A program made the translations under genes and the position numbers. 37,678 nucleotides of DNA, taken from NCBI RefSeq assembly GCF_001194135.2, contig NC_068999.1, positions 35,460,896 through 35,498,573 on the forward strand, written 5' to 3'. Positions 22,536 through 33,570 of the stretch are shown piece after piece. The DNA is from Octopus bimaculoides. Lineage: Eukaryota. Position 1 is the first letter of the stretch, and each line of letters begins with the position of its first letter. The notes beneath the pieces were generated by a model. That model had not been told where the DNA came from. It saw only the letters and a program-made list of their open reading frames with translations, and searched no databases.

Positions 22536-22563
22536 CCTGTAGTAGACGAGCCTCGTCTTCCAA

Positions 22564-22600
<37 letters not shown>

Positions 22601-23543
22601 NNNNNNNNNNNNNNNNNNNNNNNNNNNNNNNNNNNNNNNNNNNNNNNNNNNNNNNNNNNNNNNNNNNNNNNNNNNNNNNNNNNNNNNNNNNNNNNNNNNN
22701 NNNNNNNNNNNNNNNNNNNNNNNNNNNNNNNNNNNNNNNNNNNNNNNNNNNNNNNNNNNNNNNNNNNNNNNNNNNNNNNNNNNNNNNNNNNNNNNNNNNN
22801 NNNNNNNNNNNNNNNNNNNNNNNNNNNNNNNNNNNNNNNNNNNNNNNNNNNNNNNNNNNNNNNNNNNNNNNNNNNNNNNNNNNNNNNNNNNNNNNNNNNN
22901 NNNNNNNNNNNNNNNNNNNNNNNNNNNNNNNNNNNNNNNNNNNNNNNNNNNNNNNNNNNNNNNNNNNNNNNNNNNNNNNNNNNNNNNNNNNNNNNNNNNN
23001 NNNNNNNNNNNNNNNNNNNNNNNNNNNNNNNNNNNNNNNNNNNNNNNNNNNNNNNNNNNNNNNNNNNNNNNNNNNNNNNNNNNNNNNNNNNNNNNNNNNN
23101 NNNNNNNNNNNNNNNNNNNNNNNNNNNNNNNNNNNNNNGACAAGCAAAATCTGTAACAAGTCTTTCTTCCTGATACCTTAGTAACTTCTAAGCTGAAGTG
23201 AAGACAGCATGTTCTTTTGTCTATCTCCTTACCTTCTTGGAGATTTTAGGTAAAATTATACTAATGTGTCCATCTGTTTTAATTTAATTAAATTCTATGT
23301 CTTTATGCAGGTGCGGATTGCCCTGCAATTAAATTGATATAATGATTGCATTGTTCAATTAAATGGAGTTGGTTGAAACGATCGTACTGCATTACCTCTG
23401 GGTATCCTTATTTTGATTATATATATATATGAATGCTTTTGTGCACCGTACGCTTATATGAGCGATCCTCAGAAGGTAAATAACGCAGAGTTCGGTGTCC
23501 TAACAAAACACCCCTTCACCCCTTTAAGATGGATATATATACG

Positions 23544-23581
<38 letters not shown>

Positions 23582-24020
23582 NNNNNNNNNNNNNNNNNNN
23601 NNNNNNNNNNNNNNNNNNNNNNNNNNNNNNNNNNNNNNNNNNNNNNNNNNNNNNNNNNNNNNNNNNNNNNNNNNNNNNNNNNNNNNNNNNNNNNNNNNNN
23701 NNNNNNNNNNNNNNNNNNNNNNNNNNNNNNNNNNNNNNNNNNNNNNNNNNNNNNNNNNNNNNNNNNNNNNNNNNNNNNNNNNNNNNNNNNNNNNNNNNNN
23801 NNNNNNNNNNNNNNNNNNNNNNNNNNNNNNNNNNNNNNNNNNNNNNNNNNNNNNNNNNNNNNNNNNNNNNNNNNNNNNNNNNNNNNNNNNNNNNNNNNNN
23901 NNNNNNNNNNNNNNNNNNNNNNNNNNNNNNNNNNNNNNNNNNNNNNNNNNNNNNNNNNNNNNNNNNNNNNNNNNNNNNNNNNNNNNNNNNNNNNNNNNNN
24001 NNNNNNNNNNNNNNNNNNNN

Positions 24021-24068
<48 letters not shown>

Positions 24069-24119
24069 GCTCATACATAATACATACATACATACATACA
24101 ACATACATACATACATAAA

Positions 24120-24770
24120 TCAAGGAAAGAACGGCACACCACACCCCTGAGACTCACTATAAACGATGGTCTCTCCTGGTAAAAACACATTCTTATCATA
24201 GCTAGAATCACATCCCAGAGACTTGCCTTTCTCTTTATCGTCAAAATAAATTCAGCCTCCTACACTATTGATACTCTGCTGTGCACAAATAAAAGCTTAT
24301 AATGGAGTACTGTTCCCACATTCAGGACCGTTCCCCTGCTACGCACACTGACATTCTGGATGGCATCCAATGAAGGGTCAGTCTGCTGGTTGACATCCCA
24401 TCACAAATAGACACACCACATGCATATTGTTTCCTCTAGCTTGCCTATAGTCTCTATAATGGCGTCTGTTTCTCTGAGCTCGCTGGTCTCGTATCTCAGG
24501 TTCAATTCAATTCAATACCACTCAGGTTCAATTCAACGACCTGCTCATCTTTCCATTTCTCATTACACTTAATGTCTCCAACTCCCACTTTCTTGCATAA
24601 ATCACTATACCCACCAGCTCGTTTCTTTATACCCAGAACATTGGTTTCCTAGAACCTGTCCCTCTACTTTTGTCTTCCTTGATACTGTTGAATTTCAACA
24701 GTTTAAGCAGACGTTAACGGCATCCATCTTACCTGTTTCGGAAATCTTGAAAGTGTCATGAACTCTGTCT
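24120..24770 (+). mobile_element. Decayed CR1/L2-group LINE 3' end
   Basis: LSWxKHI..IARITSQRLAFLF, MEYCSHIQ..HTDILDGIQxRV, YNGVCFSELAGLV, FQQFKQ. This is the post-RT region typical of CR1/L2/Crack-type elements. Confidence 0.75.
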
Positions 24771-24850
24771 CTTTTTCTAAATTTAGAAAGTAAGAGAAAA
24801 ACTTGTATACTGTTATAATCTGTATGTCTGTAAATATTTGTATATCTGTC

Positions 24851-24885
<35 letters not shown>

Positions 24886-24895
24886 NNNNNNNNNN

Positions 24896-24929
<34 letters not shown>

Positions 24930-24931
24930 CC

Positions 24932-24975
24932 AACTATGAGTCCACCGCAACGCATGGTGGAAACAGCTGTAAGCT
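24932..24975 (+). ncRNA. Degenerate minimal type-I hammerhead ribozyme motif
   Basis: CT[-]ATGA, GTCCACC/GGTGG stem II, AAA, palindromic ACAGCTGT stem III, GUA triplet. Small deletions in both core boxes; it sits just after (TA)n. Confidence 0.4.
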
Positions 24976-25084
24976 AATGAACTTCATATGATAATCGTTT
25001 ATTCCTCTGCCATCACCTTTCTTATGATCTATTGTGTTACATTTGTATGTATATACATACAAAACTCTCGCTTTCTGTCTCTCT

Positions 25085-25094
25085 CTCTCTGTAC

Positions 25095-25127
<33 letters not shown>

Positions 25128-25178
25128 CATATATATTTACATATATATACATATATATATATACATATATATATTTAC

Positions 25179-25268
<90 letters not shown>

Positions 25269-25270
25269 GC
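25085..25270. repeat. (TA)n-dominated microsatellite
   Basis: Direct reading. Confidence 0.95.
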
Positions 25271-26224
25271 AAACACTCACACATATTTATTGATGGATTA
25301 ATGTACATTAATCGATGATTCCACAGAGGGTACATGACGTGTTAGGGTTTATTATTAATATTATTGTTGCTAGTGTAGTTGTGGATGTCGTTCTTTACCT
25401 GATGTTTTTAACGTTTTTTTTTTTTTATATAAAACAATATATGTAGATACCTATATTTTCTGTTAGATGAAAGAGAATTCTAAAAGCGAGTGCTCACCGA
25501 TAATTCACTTTGGTACTTAAATCATATCTACTTAATAACCATTATGTAGCATACAATACACTATATATATATGTATGTATATATATATATATATATATAT
25601 ATNNNNNNNNNNNNNNNNNNNNNNNNNNNNNNNNNNNNNNNNNNNNNNNNNNNNNNNNNNNNNNNNNNNNNNNNNNNNNNNNNNNNNNNNNNNNNNNNNN
25701 NNNNNNNNNNNNNNNNNNNNNNNNNNNNNNNNNNNNNNNNNNNNNNNNNNNNNNNNNNNNNNNNNNNNNNNNNNNNNNNNNNNNNNNNNNNNNNNNNNNN
25801 NNNNNNNNNNNNNNNNNNNNNNNNNNNNNNNNNNNNNNNNNNNNNNNNNNNNNNNNNNNNNNNNNNNNNNNNNNNNNNNNNNNNNNNNNNNNNNNNNNNN
25901 NNNNNNNNNNNNNNNNNNNNNNNNNNNNNNNNNNNNNNNNNNNNNNNNNNNNNNNNNNNNNNNNNNNNNNNNNNNNNNNNNNNNNNNNNNNNNNNNNNNN
26001 NNNNNNNNNNNNNNNNNNNNNNNNNNNNNNNNNNNNNNNNNNNNNNNNNNNNNNNNNNNNNNNNNNNNNNNNNNNNNNNNNNNNNNNNNNNNNNNNNNNN
26101 NNNNNNNNNNNNNNNNNNNNNNNNNNNNNNNNNNNNNNNNNNNNNNNNNNNNNNNNNNNNNNNNNNNNNNNNNNNNNNNNNNNNNNNNNNNNNNNNNNNN
26201 NNNNNNNNNNNNNNNNNNNATATA

Positions 26225-26400
26225 TAGTAGATAAAACAGTGAACAACTGATGAAGGGATTGTTCTTTATGTTGCCTGTCTCATTTTACTATTTGTTTCTT
26301 TCGTTGTTAAAAAAAAAAAAAAGTCGTTTTCCATGTTTTTGTAATTCATGATCTGGTTTTTCATGTGTTTACGTTTTTTGACGTCCTGTACCCTAATTCT
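26225..26400 (+). mobile_element. Possible Penelope-like pLTR fragment
   Basis: CAACTGATGAAGGG half-core next to (TA)n and a gap, followed by a T-rich tail. Assignment rests on recalled resemblance only. Confidence 0.3.
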
Positions 26401-26534
26401 TTAAATTATCTACACTGTTCATTTGGAGTTGATCTTAATTAACAATCAGTAATTATGACACACCCTCCTTGAGGCGGAGATAATTTTGTTAAATCAAGAA
26501 TTTGTTATTGTATTTGATATAACTGTATTTGTTT

Positions 26535-26675
26535 ATATTATTTACATTTGACGGATATTTGTCATCATCTTGTTTGTTGTTAACTCAACGTTTCGGCTGA
26601 TATACCCTCCAGCCTTCATCAGGTGTCTTGGGGAAATTTCGAACGTGGGTTCTCATTCCTAAGGTATTTTTCGAT
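26535..26675 (-). mobile_element. Penelope-like pLTR fragment carrying a hammerhead motif
   Basis: Contains the ribozyme at 26583-26626; minimal hammerheads in pseudo-LTRs are an established feature of PLEs. Confidence 0.6.
26583..26626 (-). ncRNA. Near-intact minimal type-I hammerhead ribozyme
   Basis: Minus strand: acac CTGATGA A GGCTG gagggtatat CAGCC GAAA CG T T gagt. It has complete core boxes, a 5-bp stem II, palindromic ACGT stem III, a GUU triplet (predicted cut after 26587), and stem I with 3 of 4 pairs. Confidence 0.7.
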
Positions 26676-26814
26676 TTGAAACCGGCATTTAAATGGTCGT
26701 TATTAAATACAGTGAGGTGTTCTACTTATTGTACCACTTCGCCTACCGGTTAACGATAACAAGAAATATTTACAATACAATTTCCCATAGTATGATCAGT
26801 TTTCTTGCAAAATA

Positions 26815-27029
26815 TTGATTTCAAATTTTGGCACAAGGCCTGCAAGTTTGGGGGAGTGGGTAAGTCGATTACATCGACTCCAGTATTCAACTGGTACTTA
26901 TTTTATCGACCCCGAAAGGATGAAAGGAAAAATCGAACTCGACGGAATTGAAACTCAGAACATAAAGACGGACAAAATACCGTTAACATTTTGACCGGCA
27001 TACTAACAATTTTGCCAGTTCGCCGCCTT
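26815..27029 (-). mobile_element. tRNA-derived SINE, family A, near full length
   Basis: Reverse complement begins AAGGCGGCGAACTGGCAAAATTGTTAG, with GAGTTTCAATTCC B-box and CCTTTCATCCTTTCGGGGTCGATAAAATAAGTACCAG core; colinear with 331-543. Confidence 0.88.
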
Positions 27030-27304
27030 TTATGCGAAATATTGCTGTCAATGGAAAATAAACAGTAGCAGCTACTCTATATGAAACAACGTAAGGAATA
27101 TCGTAAATTGTTGTAATTAGCGGGGTGGAGGGTTAATGAAGTACAACTGTTAAGTGATTATAGTATTATGATTGTAATCGAACTAACATGAATTTGTGTT
27201 TCGCTGCAGAGTAAGGATTATGTCCTTAAGCAGGGCACTTATTTCTGTTTGTCCTATGACCTTCTGACTAATTATGAAACTCTTAATTTCTTTCCTTTGG
27301 AGTC

Positions 27305-27415
27305 CGGAAGTCCGAGTGGATAGGGTACCGGATATCAAACCAAGAGTTTGGTGGTTCGTTTCCTGTCAACTGCTTTGCGTGATTTTCTATAGACAAGTTA
27401 TTTAACTCAGAAACA
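27305..27415 (+). mobile_element. Possible decayed tRNA-derived SINE head
   Basis: GTCCGAGTGGATAGGG (A-box-like) and GGTTCGTTTCC (B-box-like) at tRNA-like spacing. Confidence 0.35.
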
Positions 27416-27499
27416 GCACAGGGAAAATAGAAACCATGTGGTGGGGCAGGTAGAAACAAACGTCTGTAAGCAACTCTATAAAATCTCCGTATGATTTTC

Positions 27500-27650
27500 T
27501 CTGTCTGAGTTCAATTCCCTCCGGGATCAATTTTGTCTTTAATCCTTTAGGGATCGTTAAACTAAAGTAGCTGTGAAGTATTGGATCGGTGTATAAACGA
27601 TTTGCCTCATCAATTCAAGTTGCCGGCCTTGTGCCAAAATTGGAAACATA
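27500..27650 (+). mobile_element. SINE family A, decayed copy lacking the A-box
   Basis: TGAGTTCAATTCC..TTTGTCTTTAATCCTTTAGGGATCGTTAAA..GGCCTTGTGCCAAAATTGGAAAC. Confidence 0.7.
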
Positions 27651-28149
27651 TTAATTTAATTTTTTCTACATTCAACAAAAGACTGGTTTCATAACCAGGG
27701 TCAGAATTGTCTCCCGTGCAATTTACTACCTCGATTTGGGAGACCTTCGAAAAAAATGACAAAAATATCGAATTCAATGTATCTACAGCGGCATTTAGGC
27801 GTTTTGAGTTCAAATCCTGTTCATTTCTCTCAGATTGCAATTTTCACTCCCACCCGGAAAGGATTCAATAATTTAAATACCAGTAATATACAGTTTCTCT
27901 TTATTTTGTCTTTTATTCTCATTCCTAGCCCTCCTCTTTCTTCTCCTGCCTCGCCTCCGACGATGCTGATTCCTTGTAGCTTATACTATGTTACTGTGGT
28001 TTAGACAAGATGAGAGGGAGTAATGCCCTCTAACCCAACCATGTCACAAGTTCATGTCTTTTTGTTACCATTGCGTTGCATCTCTGGGCAAAGCACTTAA
28101 GATTTCGTGCCTCGGGCCGAGCACCTAATTAATAAGTCGTTATGATTGC

Positions 28150-28395
28150 TATTGATGTCGTTATGGTGGTAGTAATTGCTGTTGTTGTTGTTGTTGTTGT
28201 TATTAATATTATTGATGGCATTGATAACGTTGTTGTCATTGTTGTTTTGTTGATCTTGTAGCTGTTACTGTTGGTGGTGGTATGATTATTATTGATGTTG
28301 TTGTTGATGGTGGTAGTGATGATGATGATGATGATTATGACGATAGTGGTGATGAGGATGGTGTTGGTGGTGTTGTTGGTGGTGGTGGTAATGTT
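28150..28395. repeat. Degenerate (GTT)/(GAT)/(GGT)n trinucleotide tract
   Basis: Direct reading. Confidence 0.85.
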
Positions 28396-28589
28396 CGCAA
28401 CGAAAAGTACGTGTAATTCAGATATACATGTTTCTCATCACCATCCCACCTTTCACACACCACCACACACACACGCAGATTTTTTTTTTTTTCAAACACA
28501 TCTTGTTTGATGTAATACAAAGGAAGAAATATTTGTTGGTGAGTATGGGTAGGGGTCAGGAAGCGAGAAATACTGGGATACACAGAGTA

Positions 28590-28669
28590 AAATAGAACAG
28601 AGAGAGAGAGAAACAGTGAGAGACGAGGCGGGGATGGAGAGAGAGAGAGAGAGAGAGAAAGAGACAAAT

Positions 28670-28700
<31 letters not shown>

Positions 28701-29300
28701 GATAAATCGAGAGAGGGGGGAGAGAAAGAGCCAAATCGAGAGAGAGGATGAGACAGACAGAAAGTCAGACAGACAAAAAGGTAGGGAGGTTGAAATGAAG
28801 AGAGAAAGACAGCGAGAAAAGTAAGGAATATAGGGAGTGAAAGAAGGAAAACCTGTATGTAGAGACACTAGACCCTAAGACGAAATGAGAAAAAGAAGAA
28901 AAGAGGCTGTGAGAGAGACGATGAAAGACTTTAAGAAGAGATGAAGAGATACAGATACAAAATGTAAGAAAGAGAGAGAGGGAGAGAGGGAAAGAGAGAG
29001 GTGGAATGTATATAAAGAAGATAGTGAGTTGGAGAGATGTGAATCATGTGAGAAAGAGAGAGAGAGGGGTGAGAATTGGGTAAGATATAAAACTCGGGAA
29101 TAAAAGACTGAATGGAATAAAGCAGAGAGAGGGGGGAAGAAAGAACGAAAGAAAGAAAGAAAGAAAGAAAGAAACGAAGAAAGAAATAAAGAAAGAATAG
29201 CAGAATAAGAGAGAGAGAGAGAGAATGAGAAAGAGGGGGGAGATTTAGATGGCGATAGTGGAGAGAAAGGGGAGGTAAGGTGACTGACTAAGAGAGTGAG
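28590..29300. repeat. ~700-bp GA-rich homopurine-biased tract with (GA)n and (GAAA)n
   Basis: Direct reading. Confidence 0.9.
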
Positions 29301-30239
29301 TGCGAGGAAACACTCACACAGCCTGAGTAACTGTTAGTGTGATTTTGAGAGTAAGTGTATGTTTGCATGTGTGTGTATCTGGTTCAATGACGTGTTTGTG
29401 TACGCCTGTATGTATGTATGTATGCATGTATGTGTGTGAGAGAGGGAGAGAGAGAGAAAGAGAGGAGAGAGAGGGAGAGAAAGAGAGATAATAGCTAAGA
29501 AAAGGTATGAGTATATATGAATTTATATGTCTCTGTGCGTGTGTATGTGTGTGTGTGTGTGTGTCTGCGTGAGCGCGTTTTTGTTTGTGTTTACGCGCAT
29601 GATACGTGCATGAGTCCATGTGTATATGTAACAGAGAGAGAGGTGGAGAAAGGAAAAGAAAGAGAAAGAGGAAAACACATGTGAAAGTGTTTGTGTGCAT
29701 GAATAAGGTGGAAGAAAAAAAGAAACAAAGAAAGAAAGAAGAAAAGTCAGAAAGAAACAGAAAGAGAAGGAAAAATAAATTGCTTTATGGAGAGTCTTTA
29801 AAGATGAAGGGGGGGGGTAGTAAATAAATAAATAAAAGTGATAAGGAAAACAAAAAAGATTAAAAAAAAGAAACAAAAATGTTTCCGTCATTACTCGTCA
29901 ACGTCAGGTTAAATTTTTGTGAAAGTCTCAGAAGAGTTGCACATTTGATATGACGGTAGCATTAACGTGCAAGCGGATATGATGCGACAGATTTGCACTT
30001 CCGGTTATCATGGATCCTTATTTGAAGAACATCACGAAGAGAGATGAGAACAAAGTGAATTCTTAGCTTTTAGCTGTCTCTGACCAATTGCTGGGCCCAT
30101 TAGTTAAACGGAAGGTTTAATTAAGACAATGTGGATAATATCGTGATAGCGTTGAAAAACGTATTGACAGAATCACAGAAGAAAGCGCGAGCTACTGAGG
30201 CAAGGCAGACGGCTGGATGCATGCATACATATATACATA

Positions 30240-30560
30240 TATATATGTGTGTGTGTACGTGTGTGTGCGTGTGTGTGTGTATGTGTATTGTGTATTATCT
30301 ATGTGTATGTGTTTACGTTTATACGTACATACATATATTTATCAAATATAAATGTGTGTATGTGTGTGTGTGTATATGTTTGTGCTTGTGTGTGTGTGTG
30401 TGTGTATGTGTGTGTGTGCGTGTGTGTGTGTATGTGTGTGTGTGTGTGTGAGTGAGTGAGTGAGTGAGAGAGAGTTAGAGAAGACATACAGACATAGACA
30501 GAATGAGAGAAAAGGAGAGACAAAATGTGAGAAATATAAAAAATGGTAGATAGATAGATC

Positions 30561-30601
<41 letters not shown>

Positions 30602-30602
30602 G

Positions 30603-30643
<41 letters not shown>

Positions 30644-30655
30644 GGATAGATAAAA
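30240..30655. repeat. (TG)n tract followed by (GATA)n
   Basis: Direct reading. Confidence 0.93.
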
Positions 30656-31694
30656 AAAATCAATAGAAGTAACTTAGAAGAGGAAGTGTAACAAAGACAT
30701 ATACAACCAGGGGTGTACTGAGAACGGATAATCATAAAAGAGGAAAGTTGTTACGAAGTTAGGTAATTCTGCAGGATCTCTTTTTACATAAAGGAGAAAA
30801 GAATAAGTTTTCGTTAAAATTAAAATTTATTCTCGATAAGAATAAAAGNNNNNNNNNNNNNNNNNNNNNNNNNNNNNNNNNNNNNNNNNNNNNNNNNNNN
30901 NNNNNNNNNNNNNNNNNNNNNNNNNNNNNNNNNNNNNNNNNNNNNNNNNNNNNNNNNNNNNNNNNNNNNNNNNNNNNNNNNNNNNNNNNNNNNNNNNNNN
31001 NNNNNNNNNNNNNNNNNNNNNNNNNNNNNNNNNNNNNNNNNNNNNNNNNNNNNNNNNNNNNNNNNNNNNNNNTATATATATATATATATATATATGAAAA
31101 TATAAACAGAATTGTACATATCTTTGTATACGTACACGTGTGTGTGTGTGCGTGTGTGTGTAGTCACGAACGTTGTAGTGAATGCTAAAACTTCGAGAAA
31201 GAGATGTAGAAGGCGAAGAATTAACGATATCGAACTGGGCGATCTATCTATGTTTATAACTGATAGTACTTAACAATTCTATAATCGATACGTTGTTGCC
31301 CCATAAAGCTTAGTATTTTATTTAAAATCAAATCCAAAAAATGTTTTCTAAGTACCCGTATCTCATTTTTAGTTGGGTAAGCATAGCTACATTTAGGCCT
31401 AGAAGGAATATTGAAATTATGATCCTTAAGAGTATTATAAGGTGTATGTGTGGGTTGATATTAAAATTCTATCGTTTGTTTCAATCTTTTTAGCTATACA
31501 TTCAGTCTCTCAGTTAGTGAAACGTTATTAGATCCTGATTTCGTCATATGTGCTGTTAAATGCATTAGAAAATGCTTGTTTTAAAGATCTTTGTTAAAAC
31601 GGTAGAGGTTCTTGGTCTTATACGTTGCGACAAAAATTTTCTGACAATCGCTAAAAGTTCTAAACATTTCGTTAGGGAAGTTTGAAAACAGCTT

Positions 31695-31850
31695 TCACTC
31701 TTTCTTTTGCTTCAGTCAATGAACTGTGACCCTATTTAAGCACTGCCTTGAAAGTTTTTAATCGAACAAACTGCCCCCGCTGTTTAAGTCTAGTGTGCTA
31801 GTTCTATACGTTCAAAACCGATTGTCAACATGAGGGTGCAAACAAATATG
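31695..31850 (-). mobile_element. SINE family C, strongly decayed 3' half
   Basis: TTTCTTTTGCTTCAGTCAAT..AATCGAACAAACTGCCCC..CCGATTGTCAA parallels 15335-15480. Confidence 0.5.
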
Positions 31851-31904
31851 TATTATGTATGAATACACACACACACGTCATATATATATATATATATAAT
31901 AACT

Positions 31905-32150
31905 GCACCTTTTAAAGCCTTGTCAGGTTCATGAGCTCGGTTTCCCGGTTTCTATGGTGTATGTGTTCCCCAGCTGAACGGGACCTCATTCCATCGCAGC
32001 GTTACTCATTTTTGCCAGCTGAATGGACTGGAGCAACGTGAAATGAAGTGTTTTGCTCAAGAACACAAAACGTCGCCCGGTCCAGGAATCGAAACCACAA
32101 TCTTACGATGATGATGCTGACACCCTAACCACTAAGCTACGCGCCTCCAC
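31905..32150 (-). mobile_element. tRNA-derived SINE, family B variant
   Basis: Minus head GGAGGCGCGTAGCTTAGTGGTTAGGG..GGTTTCGATTCC, core GTGTTCTTGAGCAAAACACTTCATTTCACGTTGCTCCAGTCC, tail with GAAACCGGGAAACCG. Confidence 0.88.
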
Positions 32151-32212
32151 ACACGCGCGCACACACACAAACACACATATATATATATATATGTATTTAT
32201 TTATTCATTTAT

Positions 32213-32362
32213 ATATGACGCAGTTTCTGTCAAAAAATTTACTCGCCAGGCATTGGTTGGTCTAGGGTCTATGGTAGTAGACAAATGCCCAAGGTGACGC
32301 GCACAGTGGGACTGAACCCGAAACCATGCGGTTGTGAATGAACTTCTTAACCACACGCCTAT
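32213..32362 (-). mobile_element. SINE family C head fragment
   Basis: GCCCAAGGTG..GGACTGAACCCGAAACCATG..TTCTTAACCACAC matches 15610-15698. Confidence 0.75.
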
Positions 32363-32385
32363 AACTTCGTCTCCCTTTGACTTAC

Positions 32386-32568
32386 CGCTATTTCTCGCTC
32401 TTTAACAAATTGCAGGGATCTGTCGCGCACTGCTCTGGAACTTTAATGGCTTGAGGCTTTCTTCTGGATTTAAAACCAAATTTGCATTCTGTGTTGTCTT
32501 GCGGTATACCTTTGTTATTTGAAAACATGCACGCCATCCGATTCTTCTTCCGTGCCTTTTTTATTTTT
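32386..32568 (-). other. Possible non-coding (5' UTR-type) exon ending at donor GCG|GTAAGT
   Basis: A consensus donor terminates a unique, complex segment lying between repeats. All frames are closed before the donor, the acceptor is weak, and the upstream boundary is uncertain. Confidence 0.3.
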
Positions 32569-32576
32569 CTATTACA

Positions 32577-32616
<40 letters not shown>

Positions 32617-32851
32617 CACACATACACACACGCACACGGACACACACACACACACACACACTCATATACGTACATATATGCATTAAGACATATTAGTGTG
32701 TGTGTGTGTGTGTGTGTATTAATCTTCTATATTCTCATGTATTACATAACATTTCTGTACTATGTTAATATCGATATTGTGTATTATGTAATAGGATATG
32801 CTATATGTTCTATTCACTGTACTACATACTATTGCCTTTAACGTATACTAT

Positions 32852-33302
32852 ATCTTTTACTTGTTTCAGTCATTAGACTGCGGCCATGCTGGGGCATCGC
32901 ACTGAGGAATTGTAGTCGAATGAATCTACCCCGGTACTTATTTTCTTTCTAAACCAGCTACTTACGCGGATGTAAACACTGGCTGTCAAGCGGTGGTGGA
33001 GCACAAACGCTGACCCAAAGACACACACACATACAAGTATATATATATATATNNNNNNNNNNNNNNNNNNNNNNNNNNNNNNNNNNNNNNNNNNNNNNNN
33101 NNNNNNNNNNNNNNNNNNNNNNNNNNNNNNNNNNNNNNNNNNNNNNNNNNNNNNNNNNNNNNNNNNNNNNNNNNNNNNNNNNNNNNNNNNNNNNNNNNNN
33201 NNNNNNNNNNNNNNNNNNNNNNNNNNNNNNNNNNNNNNNNNNNNNNNNNNNNNNNNNNNNNNNNNNNNNNNNNNNNNNNNNNNNNNNNNNNNNNNNNNNN
33301 NN

Positions 33303-33374
<72 letters not shown>

Positions 33375-33570
33375 CTCCCTCTGCAAATATATATATATAC
33401 ATACATTTATATACACGTCAACATGTATGTCGATCTTCTTCAGTTTCGGTGTAATGGATCTACTCAAAAGGCTTGAATCGGCCCGGGGCTATAAGTAGAA
33501 AATACTTGCTAAGGTATATGCAGGGGTATTGAAACCATGGACAGTGTGGTTGTGCAACGAACTCTTTCCA
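32852..33570 (-). mobile_element. SINE family C split by an expanded internal microsatellite and gap
   Basis: The 3' half at 32852-33025 (TTTACTTGTTTCAGTCATT..GCGGCCATGCTGG..TGTCAAGCG) and the head at ~33430-33570 are in the right order and orientation around (CA)(TA)-gap-(TC)n(TA). Confidence 0.6.

Noticed and set aside
23225-23240. Minus-strand donor AAG|GTAAGG, and CAG|GTAAGA at about 24730
   Set aside because: No matching acceptor or ORF; the second lies within a LINE remnant.
25460-25500. TAGATGAAAGAGAATTCTAAAAGCGAGTGCTC as a fourth hammerhead relic
   Set aside because: Both core boxes would need changes and stem III is unclear; too degenerate to support.
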